The translations under genes and the position numbers were made by a program. Under the pieces are notes generated by a model. The model was not told the origin of the DNA and did not search any database. It saw nothing but the letters and a program-made list of their open reading frames with translations. Shown piece after piece: positions 39,009-51,429 of a DNA stretch of 64,000 nt; positions within the stretch are counted from its first letter, which is position 1, and each line of letters opens with the position of its first letter. Source of the DNA: Chiloscyllium plagiosum. Its lineage: Eukaryota. The DNA is taken from NCBI RefSeq assembly GCF_004010195.1, contig NC_057755.1:5749474-5813473 (forward strand), in the 5' to 3' direction.

Positions 39009-39489
39009 GTAAGTGAAGAAAATGATTTCTTTTTTGTTATTGTCTCGAAACTGGCTTGAAAATTGTGACTGATCATACCACATGGTCACCTTCTGATCAC
39101 TAAATCATGACAATATAGTTTCCTCAATTACCTGCATTATCTTCAGTGAGTCATTCCATCTTCAGAGCTAACGGGAAACTTTGTTTATATTATTCACTGA
39201 AATATTATATTAGTTATTGCCTTTCTGGAACACCAATGCAATTGCACAAGGCATGAGTGCGAGCAAGTCTCCGAAACGCAGCAGTGTAAGGACTATTGAT
39301 CAGTGCAGATTTGAACTTGAGATGAAAAATAACTGCAAACAATAATGTGGTCCCAGTAAAAATGCTCAATGTTGAATATCTGTCAGTATTGTGTTGTAGG
39401 TCATGGAATGGATATGAAGCGTTTGGGTCTAGTTTGAAACTGTGCTTTCTTTTGTGACTGATCTGGACCTCAAGAAAGCAGGTAATAGT

Positions 39490-40040
39490 AACAAGGGTAG
39501 ATGATTTATCCAATCAAGCCTGCTTTGCCATTCAATCGAATCATGGCTAAGCTCACATGCCTCACGTCCAATCTGTTGCCCTTTTCCTACAACACTTGAA
39601 TCCGCGAATGATCAAAAATCTATATACCTCAGCTTTAAATAGAATTAAGGACTCTGCCCCCACAGCTGTCTGTGGTAAGGTCTTCCAATAACTTTAAATC
39701 CTCTGAGAGAAGAAATTCCTCCTCATCTCAGTCTTTCCTTGGTGCCCTTTGATTCTGAGATTGTGCTTTCTGATGCCAGACACTAACGTGAGAGAATGCA
39801 TCCTCGAGCATTGACCCTGCCAACCCCGAAGAATCTTGTCCGTTTCGATGAGATCACCTCTAATTCTACTGAACTCTAGAGAGTAAAATCCCAACCTGAT
39901 TAGCCTTTCTCTCCATATCAGGAATTAGTCAAGAAAAACATTTCGGAATTACCTCTGATGAAATCATATCTTTCCTGAAATAATGGCAACAAAACTGTCC
40001 CACAATACTCCAGATGCAAATCTACCAATACCTTTTACAT
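39490..40040 (-). mobile_element. Old CR1 3' fragment in the gene A intron
   Basis: YSLEFSRIRGDLIETDKILRG..EMRRNFFSQRI (ORF 39694..39894). Confidence 0.8.
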
Positions 40041-42159
40041 TTGCAGGAAGATTTCCCTGCTCTTATACCCCAATCTTATGGAAATCAGGAACAATATACT
40101 ATGACTATTCCTGCACGGTCGGTGCTCGCTTTCTGTGTGCCTCCTTTCCTTGGGGTTACCTCCATATTTCCACGCTGGAATAGAATGAACACAGGAAAGG
40201 TGTTGCTGTAGGATTTGATCTTTATTAATGACTGTGCGAAGTACAATGTCTCGATACAATTATTTTCTATTAAAGTTCTCCAACAGCAACCGATTTCAAC
40301 TCGTTTAAAGAACACGAAACAAGTTTTCCAGTATCCACATCATCTGAACAATGAATGTGTCCCGTTATTGTAAATAAGCTGATGATTTTTTTGTAGATTA
40401 ATCCTTTTGCCGCAGACAATGCAGCTTTCCCTCATACTGAGAGTGGACGGAGGGAAGTAGTTCATGAAAGCAAAATAAACGAAGGCACTGGACAAGTGAA
40501 GCATGCTGTGCAAAACAAGTGGTGAAAGAATTGGAGCTTAAATTTCGCTTTGAACTTGGATCACATTTGATTCGAAACAGAACTCTGCTACTCTCTCCAC
40601 AGCTACTGCTTTAGAAACGCAGTATTGCCAGTATTTTCTGTTTTTACTTTCAATCTCGAGCATTCACAGTATTTTTCCTGCTCATTGAGCAGGAACCAAT
40701 CATATACATATAAATTAAATGATGGAATTAGAATTTCCTCCCAATCAGTCTGATGATCGCACCTTCTGCAATGTGGACCTGTCGTTTTTCTACAGTTTTG
40801 ATCCGACACTGAAACCAGCAAGGTTAGCTTTGCAAATCCAATTTTCACTTTGTTTAACCTTTCAGTTTTTATTTCTTGATGTTCGTTTTGAAATGAACCC
40901 CGTAACTTAATTTGACAATTTTTAATTCCTGAAAACTCTTGGTTAGTTTCATTAGTTTGAGAATCAACTCCACTAAACCCATGAATCCCTCAATCCCTTT
41001 TCGTCACTCACTTTCCAAGATTGACGTTGGGAGAATTCTTGTTTCCACTGAAATATACCCACTGATGTGGAACTATCATGGGGTAATAATTTGTCGTCCT
41101 TTTTGTGAATAACAGTTTTGATGTTATGCCACTATGTTTCTCCTCTGGTTTTATTCTCCTGTCAATGTAGACTTGGCTGTCGATTTTAATGTTGTCTCCA
41201 GCTTCCTAATTCTGTTTCACTTCAAATTGTGAAGGACAACATTCCCAGCTCTGATCCTTAAAGGAGAACACCTGTCTCCTTTCATTAATCGAAGTAAATT
41301 TCTGTTACCTCTGAATTGCTGTGCTCTGTTCTTTTGTGCAGCCAGCTTGCCGGTCCTCCTATTTTCCATGGAAACGGTATTGTTATTACATTTGAGTTTG
41401 TTGAAAATTTTTTCCGGAAGCTTGTAAAATTAACTGAAAATTCCTCTCTCCTGGTATTTGCTCTCAGCTCGCAGTTATGCTCCAGAGTCCAGTGATTGTT
41501 ACAGCCCACAAGAAGGCAATGTCATTCATTACTCCGGGGTCGCTATCTGAATGAGTAATCAGTTATTGTCATTCTCCTGCATATGGTTGCTTTCTAATTA
41601 AAATATTGAATTCAGCTTGAAAGCTTGAACAAAACCTAGTTGCAGTGCACACGTTGACAAAGTGTAAACAACAACATCTGGCTTCATGAAAAAGGTTTTC
41701 TGCACATTACGTTTTCCTTTCCAAATGCATCAAATCTGTACCTCCTCTTTCTCATTCCACCCTGAACTGTGAAAGGCTACACCTAATCACGGTGCTTAGA
41801 CCTCCAATGTATTGGAATAGTTGGATCAAACCTCCTCTCCTCTCCTCTCCAAAGGAAACAGTCCAAAGACTTATTCACATGCACAATGCTGAATGAAGTC
41901 ATTCAGTCCATCAGGGTTACATGGTCAACAACGATAAACTATGACATTTTTCAGCATTTGGCTCATATTCCTGAGGGCCACAAACCGCAACTGAATATTA
42001 AATACGTTACCAATATTTAAGAGAGATTGTCTCTCCACCAGACGGTTTGCCAATGAGAATCAGATACCTGCTAACTTCTGCTCGACATCAAGTCTCCTTG
42101 TCTTTTTCTTTGCCTTCGCTACCTGACATGAAATCCAAACTTCCTTGTAAAAGAATATA

Positions 42160-42800
42160 GATCGGTATGACACAGGAATAGACACTTCAGTTCACCATGT
42201 CTCTGCTGACCTTGACGCCATCTACCTGCACATGCTCCATATCACTGTATTCGCTGCTTGTTCATGTTATATACCCCATTAAGCGAAAGAGTAACTAAGT
42301 TTCCACATATTCATGACTCTTACTTTCCTAAACAAATCGATATCAGGTCCCCACTAAACATTCAAGGAAAACTGGCCTAGTCCAATCAAAATATTCCTCA
42401 TTATTCAGACTCTCCAGATCAGGCAACATTCTGGTAAATCTCATCTGCACTCTCTCCACTCTGACCACCACCTTTCTATAATGTTGTAACAATAACGGCG
42501 TGTTTCAATGCAGACTTGATCTCATCAGGATTCGATACATTTCCAGCCGAACCTCTTATAAACGTAAGCAAACAATCTCTCTTCTTAACAACTTTACATC
42601 GCTGCTTTCACGTATCTGTGTGCATAGAAAACGAAGGCCCTGTGAACTTGTTTGTCAACCATATATTTATCGAGCATTGCAAGATCGCTTGCCTTGTTTA
42701 CTCTACTCAAGTACACCACCTTGGACTCTCTGGCTTGCATACCGTTTGCCACTGCTGGGTCCACTTGACACTAGTCCAATGACATCTTCTTGCAATATAC
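42160..42800 (-). mobile_element. Highly decayed CR1 fragment in the gene A intron
   Basis: ggcaacattctggtaaatctcatctgcactctctcca is the reverse complement of LERVQMRFTRMLP. Confidence 0.65.
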
Positions 42801-43586
42801 CATAATAGTCCTCGTTGTTCAGAAATTATCTGACATAGGCAAAATTCTTGTCAGTTTGGAAAGTCCTTTGGTAGGAGAAGATCTCCTTTGGTAGGAGAGA
42901 AGCCCGTGTCTATCACTGTGAAAGTCAGGATTGGAGAAACATCAGCACCTTATCCCAGCGAATTTCATTCATCAAGAATCTGAATACGTTCTAATCTCAT
43001 AAAAATACCAATCTCAGTGAGGGAGCATTACTTTAGAGGGATTTGGTGGTTCAGATCTCAAATCCTAGGCGTCTTTGTGCGGGTCATGGGGTCTAATCAT
43101 AAATCCACTTGGTTAAATTAAAACTTCTTAAAAAGAGATTAAATCAGAACATTCCAACTTCATTATAATGCAGTTACTTACCAGGTTCCACTCCGGTATA
43201 GATTTAGATTTGACATGTAATTGCAGGAAATTGGTTGTATGTTGTAACCTTAAAATTAAACCTCTGTACAGAATCACATTCATTAGTATGAGAGTTCAGA
43301 AGTTTGATGTTCATAAATTGCACACCTTTATTCTTAAATATCCAATCAGTTTTTTTTTATGGGTAGATGCTTGACTGAACTTTGTTATGATTCTGTTAAA
43401 GCCGGCAGTGGACCTGGTTGGGGCATGGGGAAAGATGCCTTACTTGCTGCAATTTTTAAATGTTAATTGCAGACCCTCCTTCATGTATTTATGAAGTGAA
43501 AATTCTGGCCTTAGTTTCTGACTTGGACAAAGAGAATGTTTGAACAATAAGCTTATGATCGTTTTTCTCCCTTTATTCTCTTGCAG

Positions 43587-44494
43587 TTAATTTACTTGGA
43601 ATTGTGATCCTGTCACGTGGAAAATGTGGCCTTTCCACATGCACCACTTGCTACCTGGTGGCCATGGCAACGGCAGATTTGCTCGTTCTTAGTATTGGGA
43701 TTATACCTTTGCGGGTCTGTTTGTATTATTTCCCTGGGTCTTTCCTGGAGATAACCCACATCTGTCGTGTTACCTCTTTCCTGCAGTCTGCTGCCACAGA
43801 CTGCTCTGTGTGGTTCACTGTCACTTTCTCCTTTGATCGATTTGTGGCCATTTGTTGCCAGGACCTGAAAAGAAAATATTGCACTATGAAAACTGCAGCT
43901 ACGGTTCTGGCAACAACCTGCATGCTGCTCTGTATAAAAAACATCCCCTACTTCTTCATATATGAACCTGGAATGATGATTGATGATGTACCTTGGCTCT
44001 GTGCTGTAAAGCCAAGCTCCTACACTGAGGCTGTATGGGTGGTATTTGATTGGTTTGATACGGTTTTAATCCCATTGATCCCTTTTGCTTTGATTCTATT
44101 GGTCAATGCTCTGACGGTAAGGCACATTTTAGTAACCAGTCGAGCTCGTCAAGGACTGATGAATCAGAGCAAGGGAGGGAATCTCAGAGATACCGAGATG
44201 GAGAGCAGAAGACTGTCTGTGATTTTACTCTTGACCATATCCGGCAGTTTTATCCTCTTGTGGTCGGTCAATGTTGTAGAATTTGTATATTATAACATTA
44301 CAGGTACAGACCCTGCAGATTATAATGGATCTGAGTATGTATTTGAACAAGTCGGAGAGATGCTACTGAGCTTGAGTTGCTGTACAAATACCTTTATATA
44401 CACTGTTACACAGTCCAAGTTCCGAGAGCAGCTCATGAATGCAGTGCAATACCCAATCGCATCAATTCCAAAATTAATCCTGAGAACCAACTGA
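43587..44494 (+). CDS. GPR139-like GPCR gene A, coding exon 2 (TM1-TM7); spliced product 326 aa, intact
   Basis: Polypyrimidine tract and ttgcag acceptor at 43561-43586; G|TT AAT gives VNLLGIVILSRGKCGLS, then ORF 43604..44494. Class A motifs: AMATADLL (TM2), FSFDRFVAIC (DRY variant), PLIPF (TM5), FILLW (TM6), SCCTNTFIY (TM7), QSKFREQL (helix 8). Confidence 0.92.
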
Positions 44495-45329
44495 GAGCTG
44501 ACCATTGGTGAGGGAGTTATGTGTGGAAACTGACACCCAAAGCGAATAATCAGAGCGCTTATGTCATTGATTGAAATCCACAAGACGGAATCAGAATGGC
44601 CTGCCCAGAGAAATAATATCCAGCTCCACCACCCAGTGTCCAGTGACAAATACATCCAGCTCAGATAGTCAGGATGAGACCAGCAGTGAATGAGACACCA
44701 GTAGTTTCTGTACATCTGAGGTAGGAGACTCGAGCACATGTTCTCCAAAGGAGTATAATAACTTTGGTAAGAAAATATCTATAAACAAATGACTGGCAAT
44801 CTTTGAACCATTGTAGTGGAGACCAATTGACACGATCACGATAAAGCCTGAACTACAAACAGACCAGCTGAACTGTAAACTAGATTTGATCAAATAATTC
44901 ACTAGTTCTGCAATTCAAAGCAACATTTCCCTCATGCAATTGATGCTTTACACTACCTGAGTAATAGCTATTGTATCTCTCCTGAGAGCTGAAATTGGCT
45001 CCTGGTCTGTACGTTCCGAGTTCTTATCCATATAGAATGGCATTTCCCTTCTTATATCCATTGAAGTAAATTTTGATTTCCGTTTAAAAATGTTATGAAA
45101 ACATTTATTCAACTCGATAGTATTCTGTATGTCTGTGTGCTTCAACACTACCAAGCCGAGGGAAATCAGCGTGTATGATTGTGTGAGATTGCGTGGTGTG
45201 AGGATATGTGTGCGTGTGTGTGTGTGTGTGAGAGAGAGAGATGTTTAGAATCCCAGTCGAAGGGGATCATTCTGTGAATGTATGAGTTAGTGATATTCGC
45301 AGATTCCATCAAAAAGATAATACTGACAT

Positions 45330-47320
45330 TTTTACTTCAAAAATATATTTTATCCACAAAACATTGTGTATGCACACAGTCACAAACACAGTTGGATTCT
45401 GTACAGTAGCATCTCAAACAAACAAACAAACATTGGAGATTGTCTATCCAAACCACTCAGACATGACTTACTTGAATAAGGATATATTTACATCTTTGAA
45501 GCATGGGGAAGATTCAATAACTTAACAGACCCTCGTTTAACTTTAACAGAAGGACCTTAGACAGTGGGCACTCATCTCCTTTAGCAGCAGCTACCCCAGG
45601 TTCTAATGTGTCCTGTTGCATGTAGTCATGGACTTTGGAATGTGACAAATCCACCACACTCAGCCAGAATCAACGGTTTTTTTTTCCTGCAAGGCAAACA
45701 AGTTTGAAGCGGATAAAAGAGCATCTTTCACAGAGTTGATGGCCCTCATGGAGCTGACACTGTCTGTCTCGGTTTGCATCCCACAGAGCACAGAGTCCCG
45801 CGTCATGGAGGTGCATGTGATGAACATTGACACAAATCACTGCAACTTTCTCCAGACTTCCTTTACAAAGGCACATTCCAGCACGAGTTGTGTACATGTG
45901 CCATTTCAAGGACAGTGTGCAGAGGCACAGATCAGGATGGACATAAATTAAGTATCTCACAGGTAGTGCCCTTCTCACCAAGAGCCAAGTGATATTTTGG
46001 TGCTAGTTAGAAAGTTCTGGTGATGCAACTTTCTGGTAAATGACATTGACAGTCTGCTCAGGCAAATATCCGACATGATCCACCCTCTCCCTTTCACACA
46101 GGGTCTCGTGAACGCTATGTGCTGACTAGCTTGTGATGGACTGGTGGTCAAGGATGTTTATCTTTGTACATTTCTCCAGGAGGGACAGGTGATAAGGAAC
46201 TGTCCAACTACTTGAAGCATTCCACTGCAACGAGGCCAATCCAATAGATCCCGGAACAGGTGAAAATATCGTGCATAATGACACTAGATGTTTCTGTACC
46301 AAGGATCTACGTTCAGCTTGATGCATTTGTACACAAAGGTGGTCGTCAGCATGAGGGCAACATTGAATGTTTTCTTCTCCTTGACTTATCCAGAACTTTG
46401 TACATAGAGTCCCTGCAGACACGGTCTGTCTTTTACACCCAGATAAGAAGAAGCTATTTCAGGTGACTGAAACAGGACAGTACCTGAGGTGGCTCAGACC
46501 TGCGCAACGTCCAACAGAGAGAGAGTGTCTCACACCTGATCACGAAGTTTGTACCCATAATGGTCAGAGTGTGGAGCTCTCCAAGCTCGGTATCTGCATC
46601 ATCTTGGCCATACAGTCCTGGTCATGGCCTCGCATTTGCCTTAATTTGTCTTTCCACCCAATGCCAATTCGAACCAGATGCAGTTACTCATGAGTCTGTG
46701 CAATGACATCACTTCTAAGCAGAAAATGAAAGTCATTTATGTGCAGGACGGCCATGACCTGGTGAACTCTGCAATCCGGAAAAGCTTTCCCACCCCTCTG
46801 AGATTTGATACCTTTCAAATAGACCAGCAATAGGTTCCATGCAAAACACAAAAAAGGCAGGAGAGAGTTGGCAGCTCTGCCTGACTCTGGATCTGATCGG
46901 GAAACTTTCTGATTCCCATCCATTGATTGATACTGAACGACCGGTGCTGGTGTAGAGCAGTTGTTCTAATTTCCAATTCCCTCACTGAACCCGATTTTGG
47001 AGAGCACATCCCACACCTCTGAAATATCCTGTCAAAAGCAATCTCCTGGTCCAGGCTGATGTTGCAGACATTGAGCCCCCCTGTCCTGCATGTAGGCGAT
47101 TCTATCGCTGAAGTATACGAGACTCCTTGAGATTGTCCTATCAAGTACAGCATGTGTTTGGTCGAGGTGATTCGCCAGTCTCAGAAAGATCTGACACGGT
47201 TGTTGATGACTGGAGGCAGGATTTTTCAGTTTGCATTCAGCAGTGTGGTTGTTCACGGGACTAGCTGCATCACCACACACTACTATTGATTCACTTCTGG
47301 GGGTAAAGACACTCACACAC
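45330..47320 (-). mobile_element. Decayed L1/Tx1-clade LINE (RT and 3' end)
   Basis: DQTHAVLDRTIS..RIAYMQDRG, ISLDQEIAFDRI (SLDQEKAFD-type), VRRALPVR. Its 3' UTR at 45330-45480 resembles stubs at ~500-660 and ~53800-53950. Confidence 0.8.
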
Positions 47321-47699
47321 CTCCTGTTGGAATGTACCTTTTACTTCAATTGAAATTTCAAGTGTTTGTTTAAGGAGTAGCAATTCAGTCATATAACTTC
47401 AACTGATCAGATGAACGTTGTATGAGCCATAGCAGACAAAGGTGTCGTGTGCTGTCAGAGGTAAACAGGTATCTTGATCTTGTGGAGGAACTGTTCTGCT
47501 CACTAGTCTCTCTTAAATAAAAAATAATCAATTAGACACTGAACTATCGGTCAGCAATAAAAATGAAAGGGTCATCAATAGTGGTTCTATCACTACATAA
47601 TTATTCCAAAGACCCAGGTAATGTTCTGAGTACTGGTGAGCTGTCCAAGGCCTTCATAGTCTAACGAATTGCAAAGGGAATAATGGGACAAACATATAT

Positions 47700-48320
47700 C
47701 AACAGTTTACGTCAATGGGTAGAATCTAGCTAATTAATCACCGACTGGGAAAATGTGAAATTACCCATTTTGAGAGAAAGTATAAAACATTTTTAAAAAG
47801 TGTGAAGATACAGAGCTCAGAGATTGTGTGTGTTCTGATGCATGAAACACATAATTGGGTTGGAGTATTTAAGCTATAAGGAGAGGCTGAATATACTGGG
47901 GCTGTTTTCCCTAGAGAGTCGGAGGGTGAGAGGTGATCTTATCGATGTTTAAAACATTATGAGGGGCATGGTTAAGCTAAGCAGGCAAAGCATTTTCCCT
48001 GGCGTCGGGGGGTTCAGAACGAGAGGACTTAGGTTTTTGGTGAGAGGGGAAATATATAAAAGAGACCTAAGGGGCATCTATTTCACACTGAGGGTGGTAC
48101 ATGCATGAAATGAGCTACCAGCGGAAGTGGTTGAGGCTGGTGCAATTGAAACATTTAAGAGGCATTTGGATGGGTATATGAATAGGAAGAGTTTGGATGA
48201 ATATGGGCTGGGTGCTGGCAGGTGCAACTAGATTGGGTGGGGATATCTGGTCGGCATGGATGGGTTGGACCGAAGGGTCTGTTTCCATGCTGAACATCTC
48301 TATGACTCTGTGACTCTATG
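47700..48320 (+). mobile_element. CR1 3' fragment(s)
   Basis: SYKERLNILGLFSLESRRVRGDLIDV remnant; (ctatgact)-type tail at 48297-48320. Confidence 0.88.
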
Positions 48321-48687
48321 TGGGTACAGGGAGTATTCAGGATAGCTACTAGAATGTTTTCGTGCATTGTGACGGGAATTGAATATGAAAGTAAGACGAT
48401 TACACTTCCGGTAAGGTTTACTAGACTAATACACACAGGAAGTAGACTCTTTATGCAGGAATTGTTGGGCAAGCGAGACTGGTATCACTTTGATTTTAAA
48501 ATAACATGTTTTGACTAAACTCAGGAAGGTAAGATCTTCAGGTGTCTAGACTTGATCGCTTTGAGAAAGATATTTCTTCTTGTATTTCCCTATTTCAGTA
48601 TCAGGGAGAAAACATTTCCAACAGAGAGCAAGAGATTTGTGAAGTTAACCGATCAGGTGCGATTGAATTGATTGGTAGAGGAGGCGC

Positions 48688-49385
48688 AAGGGAGTACTGC
48701 ACTGTCAAACGGTCATTCCAAAGCGAGCGCTGCCCTGCCAGATATTCAGTACTGAGGGAGTACTGCATTGTCAGTGGAACAATACTGAGGGAGCGATGCA
48801 TTTTTGGAAAGGCAGTATTGAGGGAATCCCGCTCTAAGTGTCAGTACTGAGGGAATGCCGCTCTGTTGGACAGTCAAAACTTAGGGAGCGCTGCATTGTT
48901 GGTGGGTCAGTACTGGTGGATTGCTCCACCGATGGAGGGTCATTGTTGAGGAATTGCCACACTGTCAGAGGGTCAGTGCTTTGGGAGTGCTGCACTGTCG
49001 GTGAATCAGTGCTGAAGGAGTGACGGAATATGGAGCGTCAGTACTGAGGGAGTGCTGCACTTTTGGAGAGTCCGTACTGAGTGCGTGCTACACTGTGGAA
49101 TGGTCAGCATTCAGGGAGTCGCACTCTGTTGGTGTGTCAGTACTGAGGGAACCTGCTGTTTTGTAGTTGTGTGAGGGCCACAGTGTCAGAGTGTCAGTAC
49201 TAAGAGAGTGCTGCATTGTCGAAGGATCAGCACTGAGGGAGTGTTGTACTATTGACATGTTAGTTCTGAGGGAGTGCTACACTGTTGGGAGGGTCAATAC
49301 TTTTGAGGCACCAAAATATTGGAGTGTCAGTACTGAGGGAGTGCCATAGTCAAGGGAGTTTCGCGCTAACAGAGGTTCAGTATTC
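48688..49385. repeat. Degenerate ~33-bp minisatellite (gtcagtactgagggagtgctgcactgtcggagg-like), about 20 units
   Basis: cagtactgagggag recurs with ~33-bp period; produces repetitive SVLRECC ORFs. Confidence 0.9.
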
Positions 49386-49399
49386 CATATGCGGCTTCA

Positions 49400-50320
49400 G
49401 ATATGGAAATCTTTGTAACTGCATTAACTTTGCGATAGTTCACGCATAACTATTGGGTACTGTCTGATTTTGTCACCATTAGCATTTGTGAGCTGCAGTC
49501 ACTGTCACTCTCTTCAATTATGTCGCCTTGGAGCATGCGTTCACTCTCCTTTTAAACCTGTACCAACTTCAGAGGGCTATGCCAATATGGATGTTGCTTA
49601 ATCGGAACAGCATCTCCGATATCAGCATTATGGATAATTAGGTTAGCACTTCCCAGCTTATTTCCACATATCTCCCCAAGTGATAGCAATAACTCTTCCA
49701 GGTCATTTCGATTTTCTCCAGGAAGGTAATTCAATTATTTTGTCCCAATATTTGGCAACTTCCTCATTGTTCAATTTAATTTGAGGAATCCCCAAACCAG
49801 AATTCTATGAAACTGGCTCTTCACTCTGTGTTGTAACCTTTAACACAGTATCCTTTTAATTTCCTTACCTGTCGAAATATCTTTTCAGCATATTCACAAG
49901 ACACACCTTGTGCGATTTCTTTCTATATGGAGTCCTTGTCACATAGTTCACCTCATTCAATCTCCTTTAGAACGATGATGACGTTCGCTAAACATTACTG
50001 TTAAAGCTCACCTATCACTGGAATTTACACTAACATCTTATTCATGATAGCAAATTACAAATTTTGATTTCGTGTCTGCTTCTTGTTTCATTTTATGCTG
50101 CATTCACTAAAAATGTTATCAATTTTTCCCTAATCAATTTCACCAGTCCTCTCACTTCTTGCCAAAAAACGAATTCAGATGGATTGTATTTATTCGATTC
50201 ATTTGGTGCATCTCTGTTTGCAAAAAAAAGGATAAATGGAATCAGCTGGATTGTCTTGATTATAAGTCCTCGACATGGTACTTACTGTCTGATGGGACCT
50301 TTCTCGCCTTGCATGTGATT
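49400..50320 (-). mobile_element. Gmr1-like Gypsy internal fragment (integrase C-terminus then RT N-terminus)
   Basis: Homologous to ~17800-20450: VCLVNMLKRYFDR, then DAVPIKQHPY, then LCVNYRKVNAVTK. Confidence 0.85.
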
Positions 50321-51429
50321 CATGATTACTCATTCAGATACTTTTTCTTCAGAACAGTAGGGTTACATCAATGGATTACATCTCCTGAAGTACTTTTAGG
50401 AAGTCAAGAATGTTGGCAGCAGACTTGCACCAAAACCAGACAAAACTACTACAAGTGGGAAGCACTGTTATGTAATAATTTGTTTATATATATAAGGGGT
50501 AAAAACAATAAAATGGATAACATATTGCAATTTTTCACGTTCGTCCTCCTCGTCCTTATTTTCAACAAGTGCAACCGCATTCCATTGACTCAATTATTCT
50601 GCAACATTTGGGAATATTTCACATGCATTCCAACTGAACTCACGTGTATTGTTATCTTTCTTGGACGACTTGGTGCAAATCCAATGCACTCTGAATTAAA
50701 CTCTTCCCATCATCACGTTTATTCCCTATTTGAACAGAAAATGAATGATCTGTGAAATTCAATAAAACTGACTAATTTTCATTCAATAGCCATTTCTCAT
50801 TGAGAATAACTCTCCGAATTTTTTACAAACTGTTAATTTAATTCACCGCTCTGTATTGGCCTTTGCTTGCGCATTATCTATTGTCAGCAACGATGTTTTC
50901 AAATTAGCTTGAGTAATAGAGAGGCAATGATGACTGCACGGAGACATGCCCTTTGTCTGAAATGTGTTCATACCAACACAATCCCCACCGATGCTGACAT
51001 AATTTACTTGCTTGGGGTTGATTCATCTAAAATTCATTTTTGCAATTATATGAATCCCCTTTATTAAAAAAAGAAGGGAAGACACAACCCAATGGAACAG
51101 AGACACACTGGAGAAAAATAATGCAATTTCACAATCGTACGATTTTACTTACTGATAGTTAATGAATTGCACTGAGAACAATTATTCTCTGGTAGATTTT
51201 CGCAAAGTACAAAAACAGTATGATAAAGTATTTTGCTCACAATTGTAATACAGGCTATGTGGATCTGCATGAAAAGATTTTCCCGGGAATGTCCTCACTT
51301 CGTAAATCTAAAACGTTGCTGTCCCGATTTCAGCTCGACAGCACATTGCATTCAATGTGGTAAATCAATGTCAGGAATCAGTGAGCATGAATCAGCAGTT
51401 GTTATTATCAGATGATAGTTAAAAGTTTA

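Noticed and set aside
42864..42898. Short direct repeat tcctttggtaggaga
   Set aside because: Simple local 20-bp-period duplication in an intron with no further structure.
43587..44494. Assigning the symbol GPR139
   Set aside because: Several divergent paralogs with DRF/NTFIY motifs; orthology to true GPR139 cannot be shown without a phylogeny.
48542..49349. Cys-rich repetitive ORFs (SVLRECC...)
   Set aside because: Translations of the 33-bp minisatellite, with stops in all frames.
50159..50755. 198-aa plus-strand ORF
   Set aside because: Non-ATG start, partly antisense to a Gypsy integrase remnant, no domain signal.
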